A DNA stretch of 64,000 nucleotides from Callorhinchus milii. Taxonomy: Eukaryota. Position numbers and translations under genes: made by a program. This document shows, piece after piece, positions 27,861-41,673 of the stretch. The notes beneath the pieces were generated by a model. That model ran no database searches and was not told the origin of the DNA. It saw only the letters and a list, made by a program, of their open reading frames with translations. The DNA is taken from positions 14,942,001-15,006,000 of the forward strand of contig NW_024704757.1 in the NCBI RefSeq assembly GCF_018977255.1, in the 5' to 3' direction. Within the stretch, counting starts at the first letter, position 1; every line of letters begins with the position of its first letter.

Positions 27861-29463
27861 AAGCCCAGCCCCCAAGCTCAGCCTCACTTCACTTGGTTGT
27901 GTGTGTTGTGTGTGTGTGTGTGTGTGTGGAGGGGGGTGTGTGCAGTTAGTTATCTGTCCTGTTTATTATTGTTGTTGTTATTAATGAATAATAATAATAA
28001 TAATAATATTATTGCGGCAGCAGCAGCGACAACAAGATTGCATTCACAGAGCACAGGGACGTCCCGAGGCGCCGGACGTGGACAGTTGGGTCGGGACCCG
28101 AGCATTGGGGGGGGGGGGGGGAGGAAATGGTCTGGGTGTAGGGGAGCGAGGAGTGGGGGGGTGGGGGGGTAGAGAGTCCAGGGGGGGTTGCGTTCGATTA
28201 CGGCGCCCTGTCCCGTCTTCCGAGGCGTCTGAAAAGCGCTCGGCGGGATGCAAAAGCATAGTTGACCGCGTGTTGTTGTTGTTATTACCATTTTTTTTTC
28301 GTCGTTGGGCGAAACCCGTTGAAAGGCGTCGAACAGCTGGCTTGCTGCTCGCTGCGCGTCGTGCTCGGGGGTTTACCGGCACACCTCGGCATTTGTTTGG
28401 GATCCCGGCGTCCTCTCATGTTGCTTGGGGGAAGAAAGACGCAGGAATTGAGCAAGCATTTCGGGTGCGTCGCCCACCCACCGAAAGCACCTGCAAGTGC
28501 CCTTGTTGATAACGTTACTCTAATAATATGTATAATGTTTCAGGGATGGTACGCTATGCTCCCAATCGATTAAAGAGGGAAAAAATAGAAGAGGGAAGAA
28601 AAAGCAGAGCGTAGGGAAGAATAGCGCTAGAATTATGAAAACTGAGAAACATTAGTCCCTTCTTTAAAATTTCAGTCGCAGCGTGGGCTTGGCATCTTAG
28701 CATTTTTCTTACTGTTTCTTGGCCCTTCATTTCCATCTTGTTTAGTCTTCTACCAGTGTCATTCTTGCAATTTATCCCCTGGTCCATCCTTTTCGAACAA
28801 GATATTACCCCATCTTTTGGCTTTCCTCACCCTCTCTCAGCTCTTAATCTACTTTTCTTCTCTCAGCCGCAGTCGGCTGTTCCTGGGCCTTCCCTGCTCT
28901 CAGCTGACAGCACCGTACAGTTGACTAACCTTATTAAAATAACCATAATCTTCTAAAAAAATTCTTGTCCACAAACGAGAACACGATGGGGGCTTGGTTT
29001 AATAACAATGGCAGGGCACATTTTACAGGTCTTTTCATTTATTTTATGAAAGCTGCTTCTCGTTGCACTCTGTTGCAAAGCCATTGTGATACATGTATTC
29101 TGTATATGTATATATGATAAAATCTTCGGAGTCTTTATACAACAAACTGCCTTTCTATGCTGATTAAGGAAATCTGAGGGGGCTTTACTTTATTTTTTTA
29201 GCTCGGTATTAATTTTTAGCTCAATATAAATTTTATATGCGCTAAGACAGAAGAAGCAATCGTTAGGTCCACGTGTACACATACTGTACTTGGAAAGAGG
29301 GTCGGGGGGTGGGGAAGAAGTGTGGAAAGAAAAAAAAATTGCAGATCACTATCGGGTGATAGTTGAAAGCTGACTTGCTTTCACGGGACGTACGGTCAAT
29401 CCGGGGCAGCGATGATCAGCGAAGACAACAGCAAAAAATAGCATCCTGCGTTGCTCAGTTTAC

Positions 29464-29792
29464 GTGGAGTCCTATAGCTCAGTGGTTAGAGCACTCGCTT
29501 TGCAAGTGAGAGACCTGAGTTCAATTCCCGGCAGAGGGCGAAACCTTGGGCAAGTTTCCTTACTCCACACAGAGCCTAATAATAATCCCTCCAAAACCAA
29601 AACAATAATAAATTGGTCATTTTCAATCTACGACTGTTTGTGGGACATTGCTGTGCGCAATTGGCTGCCGCGTTCGCCCACAAATATACAGTCAATTCAC
29701 TTTACAGTGTGTTCTGTGAAGCGCTTTGGGACGTCCTCCCGACGTGAAAAGCGCTATATCAAATGCCAGGATTATTATTATTATTATTATTA
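29464..29792 (+). mobile_element. Full-length tRNA(Ala)-derived SINE with TSD
   Basis: A box TAGCTCAGTGG, B box GTTCAATTCC, anticodon loop TTTGCAA, (ATT)n tail, TTACGTGG repeated at 29460 and 29790. Confidence 0.93.
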
Positions 29793-30199
29793 CGTGGCAA
29801 GCAACCAATCCCATGCTGGGGGCGGGGGGGGGGGGGCGCGGGGGGGTAGGAAGAGTGAATCTCTTGCATGGGAGTCTCGGTTTGGTTTGAAGACTCTTAA
29901 ACATGGCGATGGGCGTTCGGCGTTGGTTGGTTGACGAAAGTCACCCAACTCCACTGGGCGGAGAGAGAGATATAGCTGGGGGGGGGGGGGGCGGCGTGGG
30001 GGGGGTAAGTGACAGGTGTTTGACCGAGATAAATCAGGCATCTGAAAAGAAGAAGCAAAGAGAGACGCGCACAACCCCCCCCACCCCACACACACAGATA
30101 CACACACAAATCCTCCCCCCCCCCACCACACACACACACACACACAACCAACCGCCATTGGGAAGGAGTTGGGGGGGGGAGGGGGGAGTCTCGAACGTG

Positions 30200-30752
30200 T
30201 GGCCTGGAGGGCTTTACGCTTGCGCGAACGCGCGCCCCGCGCCGCGCAGGGTGAGCTGGGAGTTGGAGTTCCCTCCCCCCCCCAGGACGTACGTGTGTGT
30301 GTGTGTGTGGGAGAGGGGAAGTGGTGAACTACAACTCCCAGCCACCCCCTTCGCGCTTCCCCTTCCTCTACGGACCTTTCCTCCCCTCCCCCCCCACCCA
30401 TCCCCATCCCACCCTCGCTCTCTCTCTCGCGCGGCGCCCGTTTTTTTGCGCGCGTGCGCAGTACGGTCCGCCCGCCTCCCTCCCTCCCTCCCTCCCGCCC
30501 TCTCCCTCCTCCCCACCCCCACTGCCCCCTTTCCCACCCCTCCCCCCCCCACCTCCACTCCACCCACCCGCCCCATCACCACGAACCGCCGAAGAGGCCC
30601 TGGTCATGTGAAGGGGATAAAATACCCCCCCAACCCCCCCCACCCCGGGCCTGGGTTTCATGAGGAGTTTGCCTTCCCGCCTCTCTCTCCCTCACTCTCT
30701 CCCGCGCGCGCGCGCGCTCTGAGCGTCGCTGCCCTCTGGATCCCCAACTGAG
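30200..30752 (+). promoter_or_regulatory. CpG-island promoter and probable non-coding first exon of CDIP1
   Basis: CpG-rich island ending in donor GAG/GTAAAA at 30752/30753. The first coding exon starts at an acceptor (34676) only 9 nt before the ATG, so an upstream UTR exon is required. Confidence 0.55.
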
Positions 30753-31169
30753 GTAAAAACGTTGGGCTTTTTCTAACGGCCGCCGATCGCGGTCCCCTCT
30801 GTGGTCTACTCGTCTGTATGTATTTTGGTGCCTTTTATTTTTATTTCCACCACCCGACACCACCCGCAAATCCATTCACTCCCTTCACTTAATTCATTCA
30901 TAGGGAAAGGACTGACTTTGGGGCCTTTTTTTATGTATGTATATATATGTGTATATATAAAAAAACTAAAAAAATACATATATATATGTGTAAAACCGAA
31001 ATATATATATATATATTTTTAAAACCGAAAAAAATACATAAAAATATTATTTTATTTTTTTTGCTCTTTCTTCATCATCATCATCGTCGTCGTCATCGTT
31101 TTTTTTTAAAAAAAAGCGCTCCCAGGACAGTCGGTTTACTCGCTTTCCAACCCCAGCGTGTAATCAGGG

Positions 31170-31325
31170 GAAGGATGGTGATGATGGTGATGATGGTGAT
31201 GATGATGATATGGTGATAACGGTGATGATATTGGTGTTGATGATGATGATGGTGATGATGGTGATGATATGGTGATAACGGTGATGATAATGGCGACGGC
31301 GATGACGATGATGACGATGATTGTA
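31170..31325. repeat. Compound (GAT/GGT)n trinucleotide microsatellite
   Basis: Directly visible. Confidence 0.85.
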
Positions 31326-31849
31326 ATCATCCTCGCAGTTTGACGCAGCGTCTCCGAGACGTCTCGCGAAGCGCCTTCTTTCAAAGGGATACACTTGCCA
31401 AGTGTAGTGACTGTGTGTTTCTGTGGGCGCGCAGGCCATGATGGTTCCTGGCATTTGATGGGAGGACATTTGATCTTCCAACTTCCAGTATTTTACTGTA
31501 AAGTGACATGACTGTATTCTGCAGGTGCATTGATTGATTGATTTGATTGATTGATTGATTGTGAAAGGTATCTCCCCCCCCCCCCCCCCCCTCCCCCCAG
31601 CCAGCCCGTGCATACTTTAAGAAGAAAACCACATAAATTTCCAGTGCAGATCGAGGATTATAGTCTGCAGCTGTGGGTAGCGAGGTTTGAATATTCAGGG
31701 GTATCACAAAGTCACAGCCACCGTGAACATTGACTTGCAAAGTATTGATGTCAGAATAACACTCGTACACAGTGTCACAAAAGTCAGAACAAGGTTTTGG
31801 TCACAATTATCACGGTCCTACCTTTAACTTGTTAGATCATGGAGTAGTA

Positions 31850-32323
31850 ATAATAATAACAACAACAACAAGATTCCATTTGTAGAGCGCCTTTCATGTC
31901 GGGAGGACGTCCCAAGGCGCTGGACAGTTGGGTCGGGACCCGAGCATTGGGGGGAAATGGTCAGGGTGAGGGGAGGGAAGGGAGGGAGCGAGGAGTGGGG
32001 AAATGGTCAGGGTGAGGGGAGGGAAGGGAGGGAGCGAGGAGGGGGAAGAGAGTCGAGAGCGGAGCTGAAGGTACGGTCAAAGAGAAAGGTCTTGAGACCG
32101 GCCTTGAAGGAGGAAAGGGAGGAAGCGGCGAAGGCACTGGGGATAGAGTTCCAGAGCCTCGGGGCTGAGAGGCTGAAGGCCACCGATGGTAGGGCGGTTG
32201 GGGCGGGGGATGTGGAGCAGATCTGAGCCAGAGGAACGGAGGGTATGGGCAGGTAGGTAGGGGGATAGTAGGTCGGAGAGGTAGGAGGGAGCGAGGCCGT
32301 GAATGGCCTTGTAGGTGAGGATA
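31850..32323 (-). mobile_element. L2 LINE 3' fragment with an internal ~44 bp tandem duplication
   Basis: Encodes ILTYKAIHGLAPSYLSDLLSPYLPAHTLRSS; duplicated unit at about 31950-32040. Confidence 0.9.
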
Positions 32324-32339
32324 CTAGTATCCTTTGAGG

Positions 32340-32545
32340 ATACTAATACTAGTCCCTGCATTTAATGCAGCGTCTTATCACGTCTTCGAGATGTCTGAAA
32401 GCGCTTCACAGAATACACTGTAAAGTCAGTTGACTGTAATATTTTGTGGGCGAAACGCAGCAGCCAATTGTGCACAGCAGCGTCCCACAAATAGTGACCA
32501 ATTTATTATTGAAGTGGCCAATTTATTATTTTTGAAGGAATGATT
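32340..32545 (-). mobile_element. SINE 3' half
   Basis: Reverse complement of family core and tail. Confidence 0.85.
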
Positions 32546-34107
32546 AACTAAATGTATGATTAACTGTACTGTATGATTTTTTTTGGGGGGGAGGAAGTAT
32601 TAGAATAGTGGAGCTATATTTATATTTCTTTGGTGTGTTTTTACTTTTTTTTAACTGAAAGAAACATTGAAATTGTAATTTAAAACGGTGATGGATATTT
32701 CTCAAAGGTAAAACAATTCATTTGCAATATTTTTAAAATATTCATTTTTGGGTAATCTCATTTAAGGTGTAATTTATGGCCTCAATGGAAATGTTGTCAA
32801 AGTAAGTATTTTTTTTTGTGTGTGTTTTTTTAAACTGGATATTATAGATCTATAAAAAGGAAGTTTATTAAAAAGTTACACAAATTAGACCCTGATATCT
32901 CATTTGAATGTGTGTAAATTGAGTTATATGTAGTCTATTGTAGTTGATAGTAACACTTGAATCATTTGCAAAAGTTTGGTCTGGTACCTTTACTGGCATG
33001 CAAGATCATCTCCTTCCTCAAACTTATTTTATTACGCGTTTCCGTACCGTATGTATTTTTGTGAGTTGTCAACAACCGGAAACTTTGTGACCTACATTTT
33101 ATTTCAAGTTGCAACAGTAGAGGGTGAAAGGGAAGTTGTGTGGCGCTTTGCTTTTCCTTTTCTTCCCCTTGTCTGATGCTTGGATTGATTTTTCTGGAAG
33201 ATTCTCGTTATCCTTCACCATTAAATATTTTCTGGCAAATTTTGTTTTGTTAAGGTAAGAATGATAACCCTTACTGTTTTGATATTGCCACATTGGGGGC
33301 CAGGATGTAATGAAGTGAGTACCTTTTGTGGGCATCTTTTGTGGGTATCTTTAAAGCAAGTAGCTATTTTTACATGTCTGCTGGAGACTCATTTATTATA
33401 AATTTGGGATTGTAACCAAATTGTTACTCTTGTTTCCAAATAGACATTAATATTGTCAACTATTAGTTGCAAAACCTCCATCTAGGAAACTAAAATGCAA
33501 TGTATGTAAAACATTGTAGATTAAATTCTTTGGCACTTAAGAGCTACATTTTACATAGGTTTACCAAATCTAGTGGCAGACAAAAACATTTTATTTAATT
33601 TGGAAACCTTTAGTAATTGTTCCAAAAGTTCAAAAGTGTCACTCTGTAATGGATGCCTTAGAAGATAATATGAAGATTCATCTTAGGCAATGAAAAGTAT
33701 AAAATTCCAGTTATACTTCAAAGATAGAATACTTTAGTGAAAGTAATGGATTTTCACATACTTTACTCCTCAAAGGTTTAAACCAGGAGTTTGTCACTTT
33801 ACGTTCCTGAAATATTAATTGTGCAGTTTGGATGTTGATTTCCAGCCAAAATTGTATCTACCATCAGTTCTTGTTTGATTGCAAATCAACAGCAGGAAGT
33901 TTAACTGATTATCTTCTGCCTGTTTCCCTCCCCTACATTGGTGATATTGCAGCACCCTATTTTCTGCTTCGGTACGATCAGGTAACAACATAGGCAAGGA
34001 ATCAAATCTACAACCCATTGGTTGTCTTTGGTCACTATGTCAACAGGAGACCGCTGCAATTTTGGAGGAAAGCTGAGTGATGGATGTGCTTAAGCTATTC
34101 ATTTCAT

Positions 34108-34470
34108 TCAATAATCCCTCCAAAACCAAAACCAATAATAAATTGGTCATTTTCAACCCACGACTGTTTGTGGGACATTGCTGTGCGCAATTGGCTGCCG
34201 CGTTCGCCCACAAATGTACAGTCAATTCACTTTACAGTGTGTTCTGTGAAGCGCTTTGGGACGTCCTCCCGACGTGAAAAGCGCTATATCAGATGCAAGG
34301 ATTATTATTATTATGGCTGTTTGTGGGATATTGCAGAGTGCAATTGTGCTGCCGTGTTTACCTACAAAAGCATGGTCACTCCATTCACGGTAAATCCCGT
34401 GAAGTGCTTTGAGGCATCCTTCCGACATGATCAAGTACTATACCAAATGCTGTACAAGGATTATAATCCA
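34108..34470 (+). mobile_element. Two tandem SINE 3' halves (one young, one older)
   Basis: 34108-34314 nearly identical to 29580-29790, followed by a diverged Deu-type tail. Confidence 0.85.
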
Positions 34471-34684
34471 TTGCAATCATCTAATCTAAGAATTTGTTGA
34501 AATCTATAAATAATCTGTTGAAATCTATAGTCAAATAAAGATGGGTAGATTTGTTTGTTAACAATCCTTGCATTTGCATGAATTAACAGATGATGTACAT
34601 GCCTCTATGGACTAAATAACAATCTCAAGTTTTTCACGATAATCTGGTGTTCTAATTTGAACTTCTTTTCAACAGTGGTGAGCA

Positions 34685-37600
34685 ATGTCGGAAGAACCAC
34701 CCCCTCCATACCCTGGAGGGCCATCGGCTCCTCTGTTTGAAGAGAAAATGAGACCATCACCTTCAATAGGTAGAAGCCAACACTCTCTTAAATATGTTTT
34801 AAACAAAATGTTAACCGTATTATAGTTTAATTGTTACAACTTGAGGAACAAATCTGGATTTTATCTGCTGAAAATCATCTATTGGTCGCTGAAAGGATTC
34901 GAGCCATTTGTTTCAATAAAGTTTTGGCTATTCAGCCATCACATTGAGACATCATTTGCGATATAAGTTATTTTTATAATTCCTATGTAAAATACAGAAA
35001 TGTGTACAGTTAAATGCCCAGAGCAAGTAATGATATATGTGTACGTTGACAAAAGTCAAATACCAGTCCAGGATGAAGTTGTATCTCTGCCATTTACTAA
35101 GTTAGCTGGTAATGTGACTATTATGCATTTGGTTCAGTTGCACAACAAATTAGTCTAGTCTTCAGATAATTAATAGTGCTTTCTGAAATGAGACCAAGGA
35201 CGTCATCATTTGTGAATAATGTTTCCTGTTGATCTTTAGGAAGAACTAATATGTGGTATGAGAATTTAGAGTGCAATTGGATTCAATTTTATGCCACTAA
35301 GTGCATAACAGCATCAGTGTGGTTTGTGTGAGAAACTTTCCATTACCAAGAGCAATTGTCAAATCGTGGTGTAGAACATCTCATTATTTAAAAAAAAACA
35401 CTGCTTTCCCAGATTTATTTTCAAATATGCTTTAACCCATAAGTGATGATATTATATGTAATGATATCATCACTTATGAGTGGAGTCCTGTAGCTTATTG
35501 GTTAGAGCACTCGCATTGCAAGCCGTGGACCTGGGATTGTTTCCCGGGCAGGGTGAAACATTGGGTTTCCTTACTCCACACGCCTCTGTTCACCTAGCAG
35601 TAAGTGGGAACCTGGCTGTTAGTCAATTGGCGGATCACTACACCAGGGATAATAATCCCTTTTTTAAAAAAAATGAGTCACTCAATCCACGACTGTTTGT
35701 GGGGCACTGCTGTGTGCAATTGGCTGTCACGTTTTGCCCACAAAATGTACAGTCAATTCACTTTTGACTCGTGGAAATAAATCTCCTCATATAAGTAACG
35801 GTTACATTTTAAGCACTCTTGTCAATTTAGAAATGTTGTAGCTTCATTTATTCCTGATTTTACGTCTTTTATGTCATTTGTATTCCTCCAGCAACCACGC
35901 AGCCTCAAGGATATTCATTTCCACCAGAAAGTGGGCCACCTCCATATGAGCCAATGGCACAACCTGGATTTGTCTCTCCTCACACACCAGCAGACGGAAG
36001 CATACCCATGCCCCCACAAGGTAAACCAGTCTTGTAAATCTATGATGATGGCTGTTGCTAACTGAGTTCGGGCATTACTATACAACACCTCTTCTGGGAC
36101 TTGGCAATTTGGTCTTTTTTTTGCCTTAGTGCAGTGAAATGTAATTATGGAAAAAAAATATCAGATTTCAAAGCTTTTAAGAGCCATGTATGTGATGTAA
36201 TGTATGTTTGTTTAACAGGCTACTTTTCACCAACTCATCTTCCAGCCGGTCAATATCCACCACCTGGGCATTTCCCATCACTTGGGCAGTTCCCTCCACC
36301 TGGGCAGTTCCCTCCACCTGGCCAGTTCCCTCCACCTGGCCAGTTCCCTCCACCTGGCCAGTTCCCATCCCCAGGTCATTATGCACCTTCATCTGCAGCC
36401 TACTACCCTCCTCACAGCGGACAAACAGCTACTGTCCTAGTTCCTCCAGGAGCAGCAACAACACTTACTGTAATGCAGGGAGAGACATTCCAAGCCACAC
36501 CGGTCCAGACCGTGTGCCCTCATTGCCAACAGCCCATCATCACCAGGATCACCTATCAAATAGGTCTACTGAATGCCCTGGTATGCCTCTTCTGCTGCTT
36601 TGTGGGGTAAGTAGCTATTAGTCGCTGATTATTTATGCTGCTGTCACATCGATGGTACAGATGTTTCATGAAAGCTTATTTCCTGACATGATTTGCAATG
36701 TCTTTCTCGTAAGCATTCTAAAAAGCCTCATCTATTCTTCATCTTTATAATCTTTCCTTTGAGTCATTTTGGATGAATTAAAGAAAATATGCAGGCCGCA
36801 CCAACTGACCATGTCCTGTGCTTTTGGGAAAGCAGGAGTGAGAATGTGATCATGCCAGTACAAAATATCAGTAGGTTCAAAACATTAAAATGTTTCATTG
36901 GGTTAAGTGTCATCGAACACTGAGATTATTTTCTAAAAGAAAAAAATGCCTTATTGCAATATGTATGTGTGTAAGAAACTTGGAAGTTTGTTGATTACAA
37001 CTTTAATATGGTTTGTTCATCATCAGGCTCCGTCACTGTTGAGCACTCTAGAACGCTATCCTGCGTGAAGGTGCTATATAAATGGATGTTGTTAGATAAC
37101 AGATCCACTAATACCAGTGGGCACTCCGTTATAAGTACCACAAACATTTTGAGTGATCTATCAAATCTGAAAACAAATCTCTGTGGTCAGATACGTCAAA
37201 AACCCATCGTGATTTGCTCTCTATTACCACATTGAAATTCGCTCCTTCACATCTGTTACGTGTTTAAACCAAACTTTAGTTAAAATGACTTCTCATCAAG
37301 TGACCAGTTGTTTTCTTGAGCAGTCAGAAAGAAACGTTTTCATTTTGAACAGTTAGGTTGTGGCTTTCAGGATTCATTTAGTCCTGAGCAGATTGTTGAC
37401 CCACCCCCAGCACAAAGGTCTATATCCCTGTCACTGCTAGTCGCGATTACCCACTTGCGGTTATTGGTCCCAATCTTTTTCGGAACTAAACCTGGCAACA
37501 TGGTGCTGAGACCCTTGTGGAAATAAGAGAGGATTCTCTGTTGGCATTGTCTGCCTTCTCCAGCATTTTCTGTTTTTAATGAGCTACCTTCTGCTCACCT

Positions 37601-37850
37601 TTCCAATAGTACCTGATAATCATAGGAAGAGGATATTCAAGCCTAATGCTCTCGATTGTTTCAGTTACCATTGATTTAAAGGAATTTGTTATTGTTGTTG
37701 TGGTCACAAATTACAAATCTGTTTCTCTTTAATCCCAGTTGTGATTTGGGCTGCTGTTTGATCCCCTGCTTGATGGACGACTTGACGGATGTGAAACACA
37801 CTTGTCCATACTGTAAAGCTTTCATATACACGTACAAGCGTTTGTGCTAA
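34685..37850 (+). CDS. CDIP1: Cell death-inducing p53-target protein 1 (LITAF/SIMPLE domain), 237 aa
   Basis: Exons 34685-34769 ([21 protein letters not shown]), 35892-36020, 36219-36606 (...[16 protein letters not shown]...CLFCCFVG), 37739-37850 ([36 protein letters not shown]). All introns GT-AG and phase-consistent (714 nt). Termini closely match vertebrate CDIP1. Confidence 0.96.
35480..35765 (+). mobile_element. tRNA-derived SINE, long-body subfamily, 3'-truncated
   Basis: tRNA head plus gcctctgttcacctagcagtaagtgggaacc middle segment. Confidence 0.85.
36248..36391 (+). repeat. Coding 18 bp tandem repeat (8 units, GQFPPP-type) in CDIP1
   Basis: ggNcagttccctccacct units, four of them encoding exactly GQFPPP. 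Confidence 0.92.
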
Positions 37851-40800
37851 CAGTGCCACACCAATTATGGCTCTGCGTAAGGAGTATTTGGATAAGCTTA
37901 ATGTGATCACTTCATGTTCATTTATTTCACTTTATGCACTGCAGTCATGTTATATAGTTGTGATACATTGTAATGTGCTGTAAATATAAGCAACTGTGAA
38001 TGCCTTACTTGCAGAACCACAACTGATTTTCTGTGTTGCAGAATTTAATAACCTGTTGATTAATTCAATCACCTAATGGAACAGTTACTTACATACAGCA
38101 ATCCAACTATAGTACTATACATTATTAGCAGAATTGAATCAACAGAATGTACTCTTGTACTTAGTTATAAACATCCCAGGACACTGGATCCTGTTCAGAT
38201 TTATCTTTGAAATGATATTCTGTTTGGCATCCTGAGCTACTTGTAGGTATTCAATTACAGTATTGAATACTGTTTGTGAAGTAGAGATAGATAACTGGCT
38301 TTAGGATATTATCCACCATATGCCTTTGGCCCAAAAACTGTAGTAATATTTTTGTAATGTATCCTGTTTATTTTCCAAAGCATATAGTAGAATTGAATAC
38401 CAAAATATTACCATACTCTATATAGAAAATTGATGAGTGTGAGCGTACACATTAAATACAGGGAAAGTTAGTATTGCTGTTGTGTGTCCCCGTTACTTCT
38501 TAATGGGAACACACAGGGATGTTTTGTAATCAAATTGAATTTAAATTTCTGTAATTTTAAAACTTTTGTCTTATTGCAGTGTTGATGAATCTGTTTATAC
38601 ATCTGTCCTAATGCACAGATCAATGATTGACTTTTTGAATTGATGAAACTATTGTAGATTACTCAGAAAGAGGTATCTGGAATGTATTAAGGGATGCTTC
38701 CGAACACGAGCATTTTATTTTGACAAAAGGTAAAGCTGACCGTTCAATCAAGAATGTGCTATAACCAGTTGTTTAATACACATTGATTAATTTCTCTCCT
38801 TTATTAATTTCTGAATTATCAATGAGGTTTTTTTAAAAAGAACAGATATGAGAAATGCTGTAATTATCATGAAGGTTAGCACAAAAGTAAGTTACTCAAA
38901 ATCCTTTTAGCATATAATATTTTTGCAGCAGTAACAAAAAAGAATGTGTGGCACTTAAAAGTCTCGCATTGACCTTGTTTAGATTTTGTGTGGTCAAACT
39001 GTTTCTGATGAAATACTGTAAAAAAAGATTTTTTTTCTTTTTATAGTGAGCACAAACAACAAAATTTACGTTTGTATAGCGCCTTTCACGTCCAAAGGCT
39101 CTGGACAGTCAGAGTTTCGGACCTGAGCTGGAGGTCGGGATCGGGGATAATCCCTTAATATAAGCTTAATATATTAATATGAAATATTAATATAATATAA
39201 ATGTACCGTAATCTCTTGATATGTGCTTAATAGTAATGCTTTTGGGAATATTGTAATGGTATGGAAATCTTACTTGGATGTATATTGAGTGTAAATGTAA
39301 AAGAAATGCCTGTGACAGCTTGTGCAATTTTTTACAGCATGCAACTGTTACCTTGGCTTGGAATTCACGCAAGGGGTGTGTAAGTCCCACTTTGCAGCAC
39401 GTTTTTCCTGTTTTCAATATGAAATCTGCAAGAATTGTTAAAACTCTTAAAATTGTTAAAACTACTTTCTCAAAATGAAGGAATGCAATTCACCTTCAGT
39501 TATGTTCAATAAGCAAAAGAACTTTAAAGTATTTGGGTGGATCTGACAGAAGGATATGCCCATGTGCCCCAAAGTGAAGGATTTGTATTACTTGTGTCAT
39601 GTTTTAATGTAATTATTTATTGTGTTTGTACGAGAAAGGAAACCAGTGTTATTTAGGTTTGGCGGTCTTCGATGGTTAGGAAATGTGTTATCTGGGTTAT
39701 TTCTTTTTCGTTCAAGCCATTTTTGGTAGGTAAGAAAGTCGAAACTGCAGTGATTCTTACTGTGATGATAAAAGCAACAGGAAAACTTAGTAATTGATGT
39801 TCTGCTAAGCATGGTAACTGGAAAGCAGAAGTGATTGGGCGTTGCCTGTGCAATGGAGAACTAAAAGTCTCAAATTGTCCTACTAAACCGGGTACATTTA
39901 CTTTTTTGAATATTGTGTTCACTTGACATGTCTAAATATCCACTTGTGGTTTTGTTAATTGATGCCCTGTTTTGCGATGCATTGTGAAGGGTAGTATGGA
40001 TTCTAATTTTAGCTGCGTAAGGGACCAAGTTACAAGTTGAATTGTTCATTTGCTATATGCAACCTTCACATGCAAGCACCTTTAGTAAAACGGAGCAATG
40101 AAAAGATTGGAAGAGAGGATGCATCACATTTTCTAAGTATAATGGTTTCCGTTCCACCAACCGATTGTAATTTTTTTAATGTGGATTTGAGAGATCACCA
40201 ATAAAGATTGTTGCTCGTAATGGAAAAAAAATTATTTAGCCAAGAATCATTCTGACCCGAGTTGCAGCTGGTAGGTCAAGGGGGGGGGGGGGGGACTTTG
40301 TGTTTAACCTAAGGAATTCAAGTTGAAGATTACACTTTAAGCACTTTTAAAATTGTGATTATGTTCGAATTGTTATTTTTAATACCAATGGGTCAAAATC
40401 ACAATTAAAAATGTCATGCACACAAGAATGCTCACGTTTTGCACTGTAACGTTTTATGTTAAATGTCTGCCTGTTTCCCTCTCAATTTGAATGACTATAT
40501 TCTCTATTCAGAATGATTTACAAGACCTTCTTTATCACTATTTTTCATGAGAAGAGGAAGTGAGAGGGAGTCTTAGCATTACTCATAATCCTATTGTGGT
40601 AAATGAAGGCTGCCAAACCTAAATCTGTATCATTTTAAAGACATTTTTGTTGGAAAGATATTCCATATACCACAATGGTTGTTACTTTGACAGAATCATT
40701 AAAAAAAATAACATTTCTGTACACAATTATTGAGGTCAGAATGAATAGCTCGAGTCAGTTTGTGTGCAAGCTAATGGGGTATTTCCTGCAATCTCATCTA

Positions 40801-41673
40801 ATATGTATAAAGTGTACTACACTTCCTGCTTCTAGATCAATAAATGCTGATGGCACTATTATTCGTCAAGCTCTTAATTTCAATTCCTTTTTAATTTTGT
40901 AACCTTTTCTCACGTACGATATTCAGAAACTTAATCGCAGGTAAGAATTTCTTTTAACTTGTGCTCTCGACATGTCTGAGCTCAGTCCATAATTCGTGAG
41001 TTAACCGAATGTTATTTTCAACAAGACCCAATTATTTTCTTGAATTCCTGGGATAGTTTTGGAAACGACCCACCAAAACATTCATAGGCAAATAAGGTAT
41101 GGGATCCAGTGAGTTTTATAGGCAGTCAAATACTGTGCATTAAAACTACAAAGGGTTTAAGATACCCTAGAACGCAAATTTGCCAAAGTCACATGAATAA
41201 TGTATCTTTTAAGGGGAACTTTGTGCAACTGGTTTGTCTAGATGCAATATATGAAAACATCCAACCATTTTATCAGAATCTTTTGGTTTTATGCTTTAGA
41301 AGTGCTTGCAAGATGCAGCTTGTGGTAGCTAGTGCTTTAAGAACTTCCTTTGATAATGAATTTCTACCTCCTGATAATAATTATTTCATTCGTTGAATGT
41401 TGTAAACCAGGAAATTCAACTTTAATGCATTGTCTTCATTCAGATCAATTCAGTCAAATGTATTTCTCTAACAGGTTTTACATCCCTAACATAATACAGC
41501 CCCATTCCAATTCTCCTAAGAATCCTAGTCGCTACTCACATTCACAACGCAGAAAAGCCCTGATAAAAGTGAGGTGCTACACAGAATAAAGAATTTTCAA
41601 CTTCCACTAGAAACGTATTGAATCTAAAGGAATAAATGCTAAGGGGCAATTAAAATGTGGGTGAAAGGTAAGG

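Noticed and set aside
27071-28509. Long plus-strand ORFs (347, 165, 153 aa)
   Set aside because: Antisense shadows of a GC-rich exon and CpG island with microsatellite-derived runs.
29464-29934. Recurrent peptides such as [24 protein letters not shown] in many ORFs
   Set aside because: Translations of the same SINE, not a gene family.
29790-30875. 257-282 aa Gly/Pro/Arg-rich ORFs on both strands
   Set aside because: Stop-poor GC-rich promoter with homopolymer runs; no recognisable domain.
31136-31613. His/Ile/Ser-rich ORFs
   Set aside because: Translation of a (GAT)n microsatellite.
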